DNA of 64,000 bases from an uncultured Chlamydiae bacterium (GCA_963730605.1 CAVSSM010000002.1:224001-288000); one strand, 5' to 3'. Shown: positions 1-10,734, counted from the stretch's first letter. Numbers and translations are program-made. Notes: generated by a model from the letters alone, not told the origin.

Positions 1-1583
1 ACCGAACGTATCGAGATAAAGCTTCCTTGAAGTTTAGCTTTCCAGGTAAGCTGTTCCTTGATCTCTTCGAGAAGCTCGATCTTGTCGATCAAGGCGCCGA
101 AATCGACATGGGAAAGCCGGTCTAGGAATCGCCAGGAGCTGATCACGGTTTTCGCGCCTGTCTCATTCACCATCTCTTCAAGATAGCGGGGGCCAAGCGT
201 CCAGTTCAATATGACCGGGACTTTACCCGCAAACTGCAAAGCGAGAATTACGAGATAGACGCCGGCAGACGCCGGCAGAAGCACTGCGACATGCTGGCCT
301 GGCAGCTTTTGAAAATGCAAACTCAAAACGATTGCAGCCCGCTTCATCTTTTTATAGCTTAAGACGCCGATTAAATCATCTCCGCAGGCGGCGAAATTCT
401 TCATCCGTTCGCAAGATTTCAAAAAGACTTCCGGAAAAATCTTGCCCACGGGCGCTTCGGGGTCGGGCCGCCCTGTCTCTTTGGGCCAATGAAAAACCCC
501 CGCTTCCCGAAATCTTCCGGTAGACCGGGAACCCTCGGCGATCTCCAAAACGCTCTGCACGGTTTCGATATCTTCAGGGTGGAGTTCTTGGACGTCGTAA
601 TTATTTGAGATGAAGACGATGAGCTCGGCGATGTTCAAAGAATCTAGTCCTAAATCGGTCGCGAGGTTCATTTCGGGTTTGATCTCGATGCCGGGGTTGT
701 TCACGATGCGGCGGATCTCCGCATAGACTTTCGCGCTCAGTTCATCCGAAATTTCGATTTCCTGATCCTGCCTTTTCTTTTTTGGCTGATATACTTTGGG
801 GATCTCTTTTTTCCACCTTCTATAAGAAACGAGGTATAATGGCTCGGTGTCGACGATTTTGCCTTTCCCATCGGGATAGCGGTTGTACCAATTCTCAAGA
901 TAGTGATTAAAGTCGAGCCTTGCGGCCTCTTTGGGAATGTCGGTTAAGCCCGCCGCGATCTCGATCTCCACCTGGCGCCGCGGGGCGAAAAAAATGGCGT
1001 TCTTTAAAATCGTCTTGATCCCATGCCAAATGACTTCAGGCAGATGCGGGGACTTTCCCAAAAGGGCGCGAGAAAAGCTGCTCCCCCAAAGTCCTGTTGT
1101 GCGCACGAGGACGATATGCGCCTCAGGACATCCCAAGACAAGGCCATGAGCTCCAGATGCCGCTCCAATGACCTCCCTTCCCGAATTCTTGAGCTTTCCG
1201 GCCGGGTAGACGACAAAGTTTTCCCCTTTTTTCAATCCTTCTCCGATCTTCTGGAGGGCGTCATTCGCTTTTTTCACTTTGAGCTGATTGATCGAGGTAT
1301 CAAAATTCGGGATAGAGACCGCTCCGACCAGCTTCATAAAGGGCTTCAGGAGGGGAAGGCGGTAAATATATTCAATGACGACAGGCCGCATCCTATACTT
1401 GGGCCAAAGGAGGAGAAAGAGAAAAAGCGGGTCCATATGGGCCGGATGGTTCGGCAGGAACAGGATCCCCTTTTGGTTGCGTACGGCGTCAAGCTGCTCC
1501 AACCCCTTGACTCGGATTTTGTACCTAAGGGCGAGGAGAAACCGGCAACATTTCGCGACGCAATTCCAAAAAAAAGTGGGCAT
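1..1583 (-). CDS. Aas-like acyltransferase / carrier-domain / AMP-binding acyl-ACP synthetase (runs off left edge)
   Basis: Hand-translated, not in ORF track: MPTFFWNC...PNHPAHMDP (LPLAT HxxxxD), YPAGKL, DLGLDSL (phosphopantetheine site), then AVLLPAS...GKVPVILNWT (AMP-binding domain N-part). Confidence 0.8.
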   Translation of the reverse strand, partial: MPTFFWNCVAKCCRFLLALRYKIRVKGLEQLDAVRNQKGILFLPNHPAHMDPLFLFLLLWPKYRMRPVVIEYIYRLPLLKPFMKLVGAVSIPNFDTSINQLKVKKANDALQKIGEGLKKGENFVVYPAGKLKNSGREVIGAASGAHGLVLGCPEAHIVLVRTTGLWGSSFSRALLGKSPHLPEVIWHGIKTILKNAIFFAPRRQVEIEIAAGLTDIPKEAARLDFNHYLENWYNRYPDGKGKIVDTEPLYLVSYRRWKKEIPKVYQPKKKRQDQEIEISDELSAKVYAEIRRIVNNPGIEIKPEMNLATDLGLDSLNIAELIVFISNNYDVQELHPEDIETVQSVLEIAEGSRSTGRFREAGVFHWPKETGRPDPEAPVGKIFPEVFLKSCERMKNFAACGDDLIGVLSYKKMKRAAIVLSLHFQKLPGQHVAVLLPASAGVYLVILALQFAGKVPVILNWTLGPRYLEEMVNETGAKTVISSWRFLDRLSHVDFGALIDKIELLEEIKEQLTWKAKLQGSFISIRS

Positions 1584-2225
1584 AAGCTCATTTTTACACT
1601 TAATATGGATTTTCCTCCACCTTTTTCTTTTGTGGATAGATATACTTAAGTATCTTAAAATAAACACGTTATCAATAAATTGGTAAAGATTTATCTTGAA
1701 TTAGTAATTAAAAAATGATATTATTAATACAAAGGATAATTATGGATGCAGTTTCAGGAATTAGAAATTTTGTAGTGAATGAATATAACAGGAAACTCCG
1801 TTTAGGAGACCTGGGGGACGGCCTGTAGAAAACCTCCCTGCATCTCAACCGGAATCCGAGCCGATCCGCGAAGTTGCCTCTAGCCAATTAAATGCCCAGC
1901 CTATAGTTTAAAAATAGTCCTTAACCTAGGAGAGAATGATGGAAAACAGAATCCCCGGCGACATAATCCGCGTCGTCGACCCATCGAGGGCGTGTCTTGA
2001 AGGCGCCGATTTGATCAAATGGAACACGCCCGATACCTTTGGCGCCCCTTTAACAGTGCTCACGGGAAGGACGCTGAGAGGCGAGCGTTGGGAAACTGGC
2101 GAGAAGTTCTCCTTTTCGACGACCCCTACTGATGAAAACGCCAGAGGGAAAACCCAGCTTCTCGGGAACCGCACCCTGCTCAAACCGCAAGGGCCCCAAG
2201 CGCCAAATCTAGGCAACCACAGTAA

Positions 2226-2261
2226 ATGAGAAAAACCCGAATCTTTCGATTCGGGTTTTTT
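2226..2261 (-). terminator. Intrinsic terminator after RRM gene
   Basis: aaaaacccgaatc-tttc-gattcgggttttt hairpin flanked by A/T runs. Confidence 0.7.
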
Positions 2262-2289
2262 ATCCCAAAAACTTTTTGACTTTTCGAGA

Positions 2290-2712
2290 CTAGCGGTTGT
2301 AGAACCCGCCGCTCCGATCGCGATCTCCGCCGCCGCGATATTCGCGACGCTCGCCACGATCTCCACCACCCCATCCTCCACCACCTTCGCGGCGCGGACG
2401 GAATTCACCTGCCGGACGCTCGCGGCGCTCGCCCATTGGACGATCGCGCTGCTCAGTGCGCGCCCAGTCGATGACTAAAGCTTTTCCTTGAAAAGGTTGG
2501 CCGTTGAGAGCTTCTTTCGCTTTGCCTGCGGAATCTGAAGAGTCCATGCGGACAAAGGCAAATCCACGAGATCTGCCAGAGAAGCGATCCATGACAATTT
2601 TCACATCTTCGACTGTGCCGAAGCTGCTGAACAGCTCGCGGACTTGATCTTCGTTCGCGTCGAAGTTAAGATTGCCTACATAAAGTTTTTGAGTCTGTGC
2701 TTGTTGATTCAT
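2290..2712 (-). CDS. RRM RNA-binding protein with Gly/Arg-rich tail
   Basis: KLYVGNL (RNP2) and RGFAFV (RNP1) motifs. Confidence 0.95.
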   Translation of the reverse strand: MNQQAQTQKLYVGNLNFDANEDQVRELFSSFGTVEDVKIVMDRFSGRSRGFAFVRMDSSDSAGKAKEALNGQPFQGKALVIDWARTEQRDRPMGERRERPAGEFRPRREGGGGWGGGDRGERREYRGGGDRDRSGGFYNR

Positions 2713-2897
2713 TTAATCTCCAAAAAATAAAATAATCCCTAACTGTATCTTACGGCCAAAACCTTTCATTGGAAATGCTCAGAGAAAGACGTAGACAAGA
2801 TCAGGACAGGTTCCTAGTTTAGTAAGAAGGCAGGCGTTCCTACCCTCTTATAACACCCATTGTACCGCGTTGCCCCAATGTTGTAAAGTAGATTTGT

Positions 2898-3296
2898 ATG
2901 AGTTATCCCGATGAAAAACGAAAGCTTGAGGAGCGGATGGAGCGTCTGGGGATCCGAGAGGAAGATCTCGTCGAAAAGTTCATTCTCGGCTCGGGTAGCG
3001 GAGGTCAAAAGATCAATAAGACCTCTTCCTGCGTCTATCTGAAACACCTGCCCACCGGCATAGAGGTGAAATGCCAAAGAGACCGTTCGCGCGAACTCAA
3101 CCGCATCAAAGCCCGGCGCGAGCTGTGCGATAAGCTCGAAGAGATCCTCTTTCAAGAAAAGAGTAAAAAGCGGCAGGCGATCGAAAAAATCCGGCGGCAG
3201 AAAAGGCGCCGCTCCCGCCGGGCGCAAGAAAAAATTTTAGCTTCCAAGAAACACCGCTCTGAAATCAAGAATTTAAGGAAACGGAATCAGGAATAG
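2898..3296 (+). CDS. Peptide chain release factor-like protein (ArfB/YaeJ-type ribosome rescue)
   Basis: GSGGQKINKTSSCVYLKH with GGQ motif; basic C-terminal tail. Confidence 0.9.
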   Translation: MSYPDEKRKLEERMERLGIREEDLVEKFILGSGSGGQKINKTSSCVYLKHLPTGIEVKCQRDRSRELNRIKARRELCDKLEEILFQEKSKKRQAIEKIRRQKRRRSRRAQEKILASKKHRSEIKNLRKRNQE

Positions 3297-3313
3297 GATA
3301 TACTCGCCGGCCT

Positions 3314-4153
3314 ATGCAATATACGCTGCCGAAACCAATGACCGTCCGAGAGACGCTTGCGTGCCTTTATCCTGACAGCTCGCGGCGGACTCTCCAAAAC
3401 TGGCTGAAACGCGGCCGGTTTTCCGTAAACGGAATCCGTCTGAGCCGAGAAGATACCCCTTTAGAAACAGGGCAGGTCTTTTCTTCGCAAGTAACTTGTA
3501 AAGCTCCGAAGGTTCCCGGTTTGAAAATCCTTTTCGAAGACCGGCATCTGATTGTCATCGAAAAGCCATCTGGCCTTTTGAGCGTTCCCCTCGATGAGGG
3601 CGATGGGCAAAAGGACGCTCTTGGATTACTGAGGGTTGGGCTGCAAACCCCCTCGATTTTCGCCGTCCACCGGATCGACCGCGATGTCTCCGGGGTCTTG
3701 GTGTTTGCCCGAGGCAAGGAGTCGGAAGAACGGCTGAAAATTCTTTTCGAAAAGCATGATTTAAAGAGGCAATATTTTGCGATCGTCGAAGGGCGGATGA
3801 GAGATGACGTTGGGACTTGGCAAAGCCATCTTTCCGAACTTTCTTCTTACGACGTCGTCCCCTCTTCGGACGGGAAAGAGGCGATCACCCATTTCAAAGT
3901 GCTGCGCCGATCCATGAAATTCACCTATCTTCGAGTCATTCTTGAAACAGGGCGCAAACACCAGATCCGCGTCCATTGCCAAATGGCTGGCCATCCAGTT
4001 CTTGGCGACGAACGCTATGGCGCCCGCGAAAATCCGATCCGCCGCATCTGCCTCCATGCCGTCCGTCTCGAACTCGTCCATCCCTTTACGGGACGGCCGC
4101 TTGTTTTCAACTCCCCGCTCCCAAGCAGCTTCAAAGCTCTCGGCGCTTACTAA
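3314..4153 (+). CDS. RluA/RluD family pseudouridine synthase
   Basis: KPSGL, VHRIDRDVSG, TGRKHQIRVH, GDERYG motifs. Confidence 0.95.
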   Translation: MQYTLPKPMTVRETLACLYPDSSRRTLQNWLKRGRFSVNGIRLSREDTPLETGQVFSSQVTCKAPKVPGLKILFEDRHLIVIEKPSGLLSVPLDEGDGQKDALGLLRVGLQTPSIFAVHRIDRDVSGVLVFARGKESEERLKILFEKHDLKRQYFAIVEGRMRDDVGTWQSHLSELSSYDVVPSSDGKEAITHFKVLRRSMKFTYLRVILETGRKHQIRVHCQMAGHPVLGDERYGARENPIRRICLHAVRLELVHPFTGRPLVFNSPLPSSFKALGAY

Positions 4154-4157
4154 GATC

Positions 4158-4820
4158 TTAGAGCGGGAGGGAGCGGCGCGATTTGGCTCTATCCCAATCC
4201 TGGGAAAACCGATTGACGCTCTCTACAGTCAATGGGTTGTTCTCGATCAGGCTATTAAAAATGTCTTCCTTCAACGTGACTGCGTGGGCGCCCATCTCGG
4301 TAAGCTCTTTGATTTGTTCAGGAGAGCGAAGGGACGCTGCGAGAAGCTGCGAAAGAAAAGAATACCTCCGCAAGAGGCCCAGCATCTCGCGGATCGCATT
4401 GATCCCATCGATCTCGGCTTCGCAAATCCGTGAATAATAGGGAGCGATATAGGAAGCTCCGGCCTTGGCAGAGAGGAGCGCTTGATTGACGTCGAAGACC
4501 GCAGTAGCCATCGTGGGGATTTTACCTGATAAGGCGTGGATGGCCATGAGGCCGTCTTCCGTCACAGGGATTTTCACGATGATTCGTCCGGAAAATAGAT
4601 GAAGCGCTTCCGCTTGCCGGATCATTGTCTTGGCGTCATTTGCAGTCACTTGCACTGCGAGCGGCCCTTTTTGGATCTTGAGGAGAGCTTCGATTAGGTC
4701 TTCCAGGGGCAGATTGCATTGGGCCACGATCGAGGGATTCGTAGTCACTCCGTAAAGGATTCCCATTTTTACCGCTTTCTCAATGATCGGAAATTCAGCG
4801 GTATCGAGCCAGATTTGCAT
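4158..4820 (-). CDS. Transaldolase / fructose-6-phosphate aldolase family
   Basis: LDTA, GVTTNPS, VKIPVT, YIAPY, LAASLR motifs. Confidence 0.92.
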   Translation of the reverse strand: MQIWLDTAEFPIIEKAVKMGILYGVTTNPSIVAQCNLPLEDLIEALLKIQKGPLAVQVTANDAKTMIRQAEALHLFSGRIIVKIPVTEDGLMAIHALSGKIPTMATAVFDVNQALLSAKAGASYIAPYYSRICEAEIDGINAIREMLGLLRRYSFLSQLLAASLRSPEQIKELTEMGAHAVTLKEDIFNSLIENNPLTVESVNRFSQDWDRAKSRRSLPL

Positions 4821-4871
4821 ATTTCCCCGACTTATTTTAGAATAGTTGAACGCTTTCAGTTTGGCCTAAGT

Positions 4872-5507
4872 TTGAATTTTGAACAATTCTTCAACATCTT
4901 CATCGCGCTTCTCGTTATCTCCAATCCCCTTTCAGCACTTCCGGCTGTTTTGAAAATCACTCGCAATCAAACCCTTGGAGACAAAAAAAAAACGGGACTT
5001 GTCGCCGCTTTTGCCGTTCTCGTCATCCTTCTTATTTCGACATGGGTAGGGACCCCGCTCCTTATAGTCTTAGGAATCAAGATTCCCTCTTTCCAAGTGG
5101 CGGGAGGCGCCATTATTTTCATGATGGCGATGTCGATGCTGAACGCGGAAGAAAGCCCCATCAAACAAACCGCCGAGGAGCAGAAAGAAAAAGTCAGAGG
5201 AGAGGAAGGGGCGATCGTGCCGCTTGCGATTCCCATCATCGCTGGGCCCGGATCCATTAGCACGATCATCGTCACCGTCAATGAATTTCCGGGCATTTAC
5301 AACCTACTTATTTTAAGCGTCGCAGTGATTCTAGTCTCTCTTTTAATGGGAATGCTGCTCTATTTCGCGAGCAACTTGGAAAAGCTGCTCGGGCAGTCAA
5401 GGATCAATATCATCAATAGACTGGGAGGTTTGATCCTCGCCGCGATCGCGATCCAAACCCTTGCAAACGGACTACTCGGGCTTTTTCCCAGACTTGCAGT
5501 TCCTTAG
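4872..5507 (+). CDS. MarC family membrane protein
   Basis: NPLSALP, FQVAGG, IVPLAIPIIAGPGSI, RLGGLILAAIA; TTG start inferred. Confidence 0.9.
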   Translation: MNFEQFFNIFIALLVISNPLSALPAVLKITRNQTLGDKKKTGLVAAFAVLVILLISTWVGTPLLIVLGIKIPSFQVAGGAIIFMMAMSMLNAEESPIKQTAEEQKEKVRGEEGAIVPLAIPIIAGPGSISTIIVTVNEFPGIYNLLILSVAVILVSLLMGMLLYFASNLEKLLGQSRINIINRLGGLILAAIAIQTLANGLLGLFPRLAVP

Positions 5508-5515
5508 CATGCTAT

Positions 5516-5854
5516 TAACCTGAGTTTTGGGTTCATTTGCCTGAGCTTCAATTTCTTTCGGCATCTTTTTGACTTTTCGCCTCGGCAAGATGCTCGTCCC
5601 GATATTGCTCTCGGCTCCAAAGCGCAAAAATATGCTCGAAATATCCTTGAATCTCATAGACTCGACTTTGTACAATTTTTGGCGAGCAGATCCAGAGGAA
5701 GCGCTCTGCAATTTTTTTCTTTTTTTGCGAAATTCATAGCCGAAGGCACTATTTATGAGCAAAAAAAGGAAAAAAGGGCCAGCGATTCTCTCGGAGATGC
5801 CGTCACAAAATTGTACAAAGTCGAGATAGACAAATGAACCCAAAACTCAGGTTA
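5516..5854. mobile_element. MITE family A, long copy
   Basis: Perfect terminal inverted repeat TAACCTGAGTTTTGGGTTCATTTG; shorter homologue at 41795-41963. Confidence 0.85.
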
Positions 5855-5933
5855 TTATTCATTCTTCTGAAAAAAAACTTGAATTTGCTATCGAATTTTC
5901 TTACTCTGCGGATACCCACCATAGGTATCCACA

Positions 5934-7001
5934 ATGAAATGGTTGTGCTATTCGGCCCTTGCGGCGGTCGCGCTTGCTTTGCCCCTCTTTGGAGATAAAC
6001 AGAAATTGCCCCCCGAGAAAGTTTCCAAAGTAGAGCCGCCGCCGTTCGATGCGGATCTCTATCGCCGCGATACCCAAGTGTTCTCAGTCGATGCCGCATT
6101 CCTCTATTGGGGAGTGCAAGAAGGAGCGCTCGATTATGCGATTCAGATGAAAGAAAGCGGATGGGGCCCCTCGGAATGTTTCGCTCAAGGTAACTTCAAA
6201 AATGCGACCTTCAGTGGAAATCCTGGATTCCGGGCAGTTCTCCGATTTTTCCGGGCTCCGAGGTATTGGGAATTTTGGACCGTGTACACGCGTCTGACCG
6301 CAACCGGTACGCAAATGGCGGAAAAACCATCTCCTCCCGGGAATTTCTTAACGGGAACGTGGCCTCAGATCTTTTCGAACCCGATGGCTTCGGCCAAGAG
6401 CACCATCCATATGAACTACAATGTGGCGGATCTTTTGATCACCCGGGTGTTTTTTCCAAACCCACATCTACGGCTCCGGATAACGGGAGGCGGCTCAGTT
6501 CCATGGATCAATCAATTCTGGAAAATCCTCTATGCAGATTGGATGGGCTTCCAAACGAAGATTGCCAACCGCTGGAGTTTCATAGGGGGAGGTCTCAAGA
6601 TGGGTACGACTTTCGACTGGTATTGGTTTACCGATATCTACATGACAGGCGGAACCACCTTGGGAGCGTTTTTGGGCTCCTACAAAAATTCAGCGGTCCA
6701 GAGAACGAACTTCCAGCCGCCGAGTCCAGGCTTCAATCCAAATCTACCTGTCCGCGATGCCCATTTTAGCGATGTGCGGCCTGCTTTCCTAGCCCAATTT
6801 TATTTAGGGCCCGCTTACGAAAAGAACTACACGAACCAACGTTTTGAACTCTTTGTCGGATATGAGCTAGCTACCTGGCTGAACCTCCAAGAAATCTACC
6901 GTTCTACCAGCGGAGCGCCGTCCGATGCGAAAGAAACGCGGATTAACACGGGCGCTCTCGCCCTGCAGGGATTGACAATGCGCGCAACCCTCGACTTTTA
7001 A
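5934..7001 (+). CDS. Lpg1974/MOMP-like outer membrane beta-barrel protein
   Basis: Signal peptide, FLYW..EGALDYA, GYE..WLN, terminal LQGLTMRATLDF. Confidence 0.85.
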   Translation: MKWLCYSALAAVALALPLFGDKQKLPPEKVSKVEPPPFDADLYRRDTQVFSVDAAFLYWGVQEGALDYAIQMKESGWGPSECFAQGNFKNATFSGNPGFRAVLRFFRAPRYWEFWTVYTRLTATGTQMAEKPSPPGNFLTGTWPQIFSNPMASAKSTIHMNYNVADLLITRVFFPNPHLRLRITGGGSVPWINQFWKILYADWMGFQTKIANRWSFIGGGLKMGTTFDWYWFTDIYMTGGTTLGAFLGSYKNSAVQRTNFQPPSPGFNPNLPVRDAHFSDVRPAFLAQFYLGPAYEKNYTNQRFELFVGYELATWLNLQEIYRSTSGAPSDAKETRINTGALALQGLTMRATLDF

Positions 7002-7241
7002 AAAAAAATATACACAGAGATCACAGAGCGCTAGCGAGAAAAAATGCCTCGCGCGCACCCCCGTTTCTTTAAGTCCTGAACAAAAATTGCAGCCGGACAC
7101 CCTCTTAGAGGCTCTTAATATATTAATTAAAAATTTAATTTAATAGTTTTTTGCACCGACCAATAAACTATTGACATAAATTGATATTTTTTGTAAAATT
7201 GTGAAAATATTTAAAACATTTTAATTACAAGGATTGTTTAT

Positions 7242-8465
7242 ATGACATATAATCCCGTTATAGGAATTGGAACCGGTGCACCAGGAATGGGAGCCGCTGC
7301 CCCCCAAGATTTTTTTTCACCATTGCCCGAGTTGCCAATGGAGCTCATCCAGTCATTCTTAGGTCCAAAAAGCAACGATGCCCTCTCGCGGACAAATACA
7401 AGACTACGCGCGGTTTCATGCCCTTTTAGAGCCGCCGTTCTTCGCTTTGAATACAAAATTGCAGAGAACAAACCCATTACCCTACAAGAGCTAATAGAAC
7501 TAAAAAATCTCAATCCGGATTTTTCAAGTAGAATACCATTCAAACTTGATTTATCAAACAGCAATATTTCTGATGTCGGGCTGCAAGAGCTTATTGTATG
7601 CTTTCCTAATATTATTGAAATTAATGCACAACACTGTCAGGGTTTAACCGATGCCGGGCTGCAGCACCTGGCACATTTGAAAAATCTCACAAGCCTCGAC
7701 TTGACAGAATGCACCCAGGTCACCGACAACGGACTGCAGTTCCTGGCAAGTTTGATAAATCTCACAAGCCTCAGCCTGGAGGGATGCTCCCGGATCACCG
7801 ACGTCGGACTGCGGTGCCTGGCAAGTTTGAAAAATCTCACCACCCTCAACCTGGCATGGTGCCGCCGGATCCCCGACATCGGGCTGCAGTGCCTGGCAAA
7901 TTTGCCAAATCTCACTAACCTCAGCCTAGCACAGTGCACCCAAGTCACCGACATCGTGCTGCAGAGCCTGGCAGGTTTGATACATCTTACAAGCCTCGAC
8001 CTAGAAGGGTGCCACCAGATCACTGACGGGGGGCTGCGGCACTTGGCAGGTTTGATAAATCTCATAAGCCTCAACCTGACATGGTGCCCCAAGATCACCG
8101 ATACCGGGCTGCAGTACTCGGCAAGTTTGAAAAATCTCACAAACCTCAGTCTGAAGGGGTGCAACCGGATCACCGACAACGGACTGCAGTTCCTGGCAAG
8201 TTTGATAAATCTCACAAGCCTCAGCCTGGAGGGATGCTACCAGATCACCGACGGGGGGCTGCGGTACCTGGCGGCAGGTTTGGCAAAGCTCACACGTCTC
8301 AGCCTGAAGGGGTGCTTCCAGGTCACCAACATCGGACTGCAGCACCTGGCAGGTTTGGCCAAGCTCACAAGCCTTGACCTGTCAGAATGCCAACAGATTA
8401 CTGACGCCGGGCTGCAGTGCCTGGCAGGTTGTCGTATTATCCGATTTTTCGGTGTGTTCAGATAA
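7242..8465 (+). CDS. F-box/LRR (FBXL-like) effector
   Basis: LPELPMELIQSFL F-box-like motif plus many ~25-aa Cys-containing LRRs (ITDxGLxxLAxLxNLTSLxL). Confidence 0.88.
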   Translation: MTYNPVIGIGTGAPGMGAAAPQDFFSPLPELPMELIQSFLGPKSNDALSRTNTRLRAVSCPFRAAVLRFEYKIAENKPITLQELIELKNLNPDFSSRIPFKLDLSNSNISDVGLQELIVCFPNIIEINAQHCQGLTDAGLQHLAHLKNLTSLDLTECTQVTDNGLQFLASLINLTSLSLEGCSRITDVGLRCLASLKNLTTLNLAWCRRIPDIGLQCLANLPNLTNLSLAQCTQVTDIVLQSLAGLIHLTSLDLEGCHQITDGGLRHLAGLINLISLNLTWCPKITDTGLQYSASLKNLTNLSLKGCNRITDNGLQFLASLINLTSLSLEGCYQITDGGLRYLAAGLAKLTRLSLKGCFQVTNIGLQHLAGLAKLTSLDLSECQQITDAGLQCLAGCRIIRFFGVFR

Positions 8466-8494
8466 CTCTTTGAAACGGTAGCAGCGATCGCTTG

Positions 8495-8557
8495 AGAGGG
8501 TGTCTACAAAGTGAGGGTTCGTCGAGTTTTTGGAACCTCACTTTGTAGACACCCTCT
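8495..8557. repeat. Long palindrome / minimal MITE between convergent genes
   Basis: agagggtgtctacaaagtgagg ... cctcactttgtagacaccctct; ends resemble those of element 20854-21143. Confidence 0.7.
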
Positions 8558-8577
8558 AACCGCCGCGCGGTATAATT

Positions 8578-10395
8578 CTATCTCTTCGGTTTTGCAGAAA
8601 AAGCGCCATAGGGCTGCACTAGCAAAACCTCCTCTACTTTTTGAACCTGGTCCATCAAGAACCGAACCGTGTATCCCGCCAGCGATTTGACCGAAAATTC
8701 GTTTTTCGATTCGGGGACGAGTTCATAGCAGGGCTGCCCGGGAACAAGGGCGCAAAGGACCCCTTTGTTCAAAACGATCTCTACGATATAACCGTAAATT
8801 TCATAAACTCCCGTAAATTGCTTCAGATAGGCTTGCCCCGACAGGGATTCGGATGCTAACTTCCTGAACACCACATCGCCCGACTTTGGCTCGAAAGGAA
8901 TGATGAGCTTCTCAATTTCGCCGCTCACGCCGTTTTGAAAAGAGATCTTCGCTCCTTCGCGTGTGCGGAACATGTCTTGAGCTTCCTCGGAAATGACAAA
9001 CACGTCGTAATGCCAATGGTCGAGTAGGCATTCGAGGCCGTTCATAAAAATGGAGAGCTTTCCGTCCTTCTCCGTGATCGTGAGAGTTCCGTACCCCTCA
9101 TGGGAATACTCGCCGGCGTAGTCCTCGATCGGATGTGAGGGGTGCGTCCCCATTTTTTGCGCAAGGCCATCTTTTTTCATCGACTCGGCTTTAGCGTTCT
9201 TTGTTTTTTCAAGGGCGTCGACCCCTTCTTGCAGCCAATCGATGTATGGCAAACCGAGGAGGCTGTCGATGATTTGAAGGGATAAATAGCGAGGCAGAGT
9301 CGAAAGATTCTTGTTCGAAAGCACAATCATCCCAAGATCGCTTTTTGGCAAAAACCCGATGACCGAAGTGAAGCCGTCGACCCCTCCGTCATGGCTGATG
9401 TAGTAGTGTCCCCGGTAAGTTACAATGTTCCATCCCAAGCCAGTCGTAAAGATGGGCGATTCGTTCGTTTCGGGAGTTCCAGGGACGATCATTTGAGGGG
9501 TGTGCATCTCTTGCAAAGTAGCCGGGCTGATCAAAGATTTCCCTCCAAATAGGCCGCCGCTGAGATGGAGTTCTACCCATTTCGCAAGATCGATGACGCT
9601 CGAATTGATCCCTCCTGCAGGAGCGATCAGGCTAATGTCGCGAAACGTCATCCTTTTCAATGCGCCATCCTTTTTTTCCAAATAGGGCACTGCGAAATCG
9701 ACTTGCCTTTGCATGTCAGCGATCCTGAAACTGGTATGGGTCATTCCCAGAGGGCCTAGAATCCGCTCGGCGATGAGGTCTTCCCAGGACCTTGCCATCA
9801 AATGTTCCATGGCAAATCCGGCGACGAGATACATGAGGTTGTTATATTGATAGCGCTCCCTAATATCGCAAGAGGGTTGCAAATGCCGGAGGCGGCGCAT
9901 AACCTCCATCCGGGTCAAGGTGGAAGAATTATACCACATCAAATCATGCTGGGGCATGCCTGATCTGTGGCTCATGAGATCCCTCATCGTCAAATTCAAG
10001 GTGGCATGGCCGTCCCAAAGGCGAAATTCCGGATAGATATCGATGATCCGCTGATCCCAACGGATGCGCCCTTCGTCGACGAGAGTCCCGGCAAGAAACG
10101 AGGTAAAGGCCTTAGAGCAGGAGCCGATCGAATAAACAGTTTCGGCGCTCGCCGGAAGTAGGTTCTCCGCATCCCGCCAGCCGAACCCTTTAGCGTAGAC
10201 GAGCCGCCCTTCCGAGACGATCCCCAGAGATACTGCGGGCACTTGGAAATCTTTGAGCGCCGTGACGATCGCCGGCTCGAGTTCCTGCATGAGTTGGCCG
10301 ATCCTTTTTGCTTTAGGCGAAGAGGCATCGAGCCAGTCGAACTCTCCGGCATAGCAATGCGCAAGCGTCGCAACGAATAAAAAAAGGATTTTCAT
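8578..10395 (-). CDS. Serine hydrolase, beta-lactamase class C-like, with DUF3471-like C-terminus
   Basis: SCSK (SxxK), YNN, HDGG motifs; signal peptide. Confidence 0.9.
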   Translation of the reverse strand: MKILFLFVATLAHCYAGEFDWLDASSPKAKRIGQLMQELEPAIVTALKDFQVPAVSLGIVSEGRLVYAKGFGWRDAENLLPASAETVYSIGSCSKAFTSFLAGTLVDEGRIRWDQRIIDIYPEFRLWDGHATLNLTMRDLMSHRSGMPQHDLMWYNSSTLTRMEVMRRLRHLQPSCDIRERYQYNNLMYLVAGFAMEHLMARSWEDLIAERILGPLGMTHTSFRIADMQRQVDFAVPYLEKKDGALKRMTFRDISLIAPAGGINSSVIDLAKWVELHLSGGLFGGKSLISPATLQEMHTPQMIVPGTPETNESPIFTTGLGWNIVTYRGHYYISHDGGVDGFTSVIGFLPKSDLGMIVLSNKNLSTLPRYLSLQIIDSLLGLPYIDWLQEGVDALEKTKNAKAESMKKDGLAQKMGTHPSHPIEDYAGEYSHEGYGTLTITEKDGKLSIFMNGLECLLDHWHYDVFVISEEAQDMFRTREGAKISFQNGVSGEIEKLIIPFEPKSGDVVFRKLASESLSGQAYLKQFTGVYEIYGYIVEIVLNKGVLCALVPGQPCYELVPESKNEFSVKSLAGYTVRFLMDQVQKVEEVLLVQPYGAFSAKPKR

Positions 10396-10467
10396 GAAAG
10401 CCCCCCGATATTTCCTTTTTAAGGTGGGCTATCTTAGTTTAGCGTAAAGATAAAAACAAAGAACTTT

Positions 10468-10614
10468 TTACATAGAATTGAGATAGCTCAGAATGCCTGT
10501 CAAGATCAGCCAGATCGCGATGACATAGTTCAAAATCGCGGGCCAAACCAAGATGATAACGCCGGCGACGATCGAAAGCAGAGGATGAAGAACGGTATGT
10601 GTAGACCACTCCAT
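10468..10614 (-). CDS. Small membrane protein, DUF3096-like (48 aa)
   Basis: Hand-translated MEWSTHTVLHPLLSIVAGVIILVWPAILNYVIAIWLILTGILSYLNSM; GAAAGGAG RBS upstream; below ORF-track cutoff. Confidence 0.75.
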   Translation of the reverse strand: MEWSTHTVLHPLLSIVAGVIILVWPAILNYVIAIWLILTGILSYLNSM

Positions 10615-10734
10615 AATGAAGGCTCCTTTCTTCTCGGATACTAAATGGGTCCATTGCCGTCATTAAAAAAAATTATATTGCAAAATTATCTGAGATGATG
10701 TTAAAAGTCCCTCTATTTTCAACCTGGTGGGTCT

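Noticed and set aside
1742..2229. Gene after the AT-rich promoter region
   Set aside because: Only short disrupted ORFs with no recognisable family; at most a decayed remnant.
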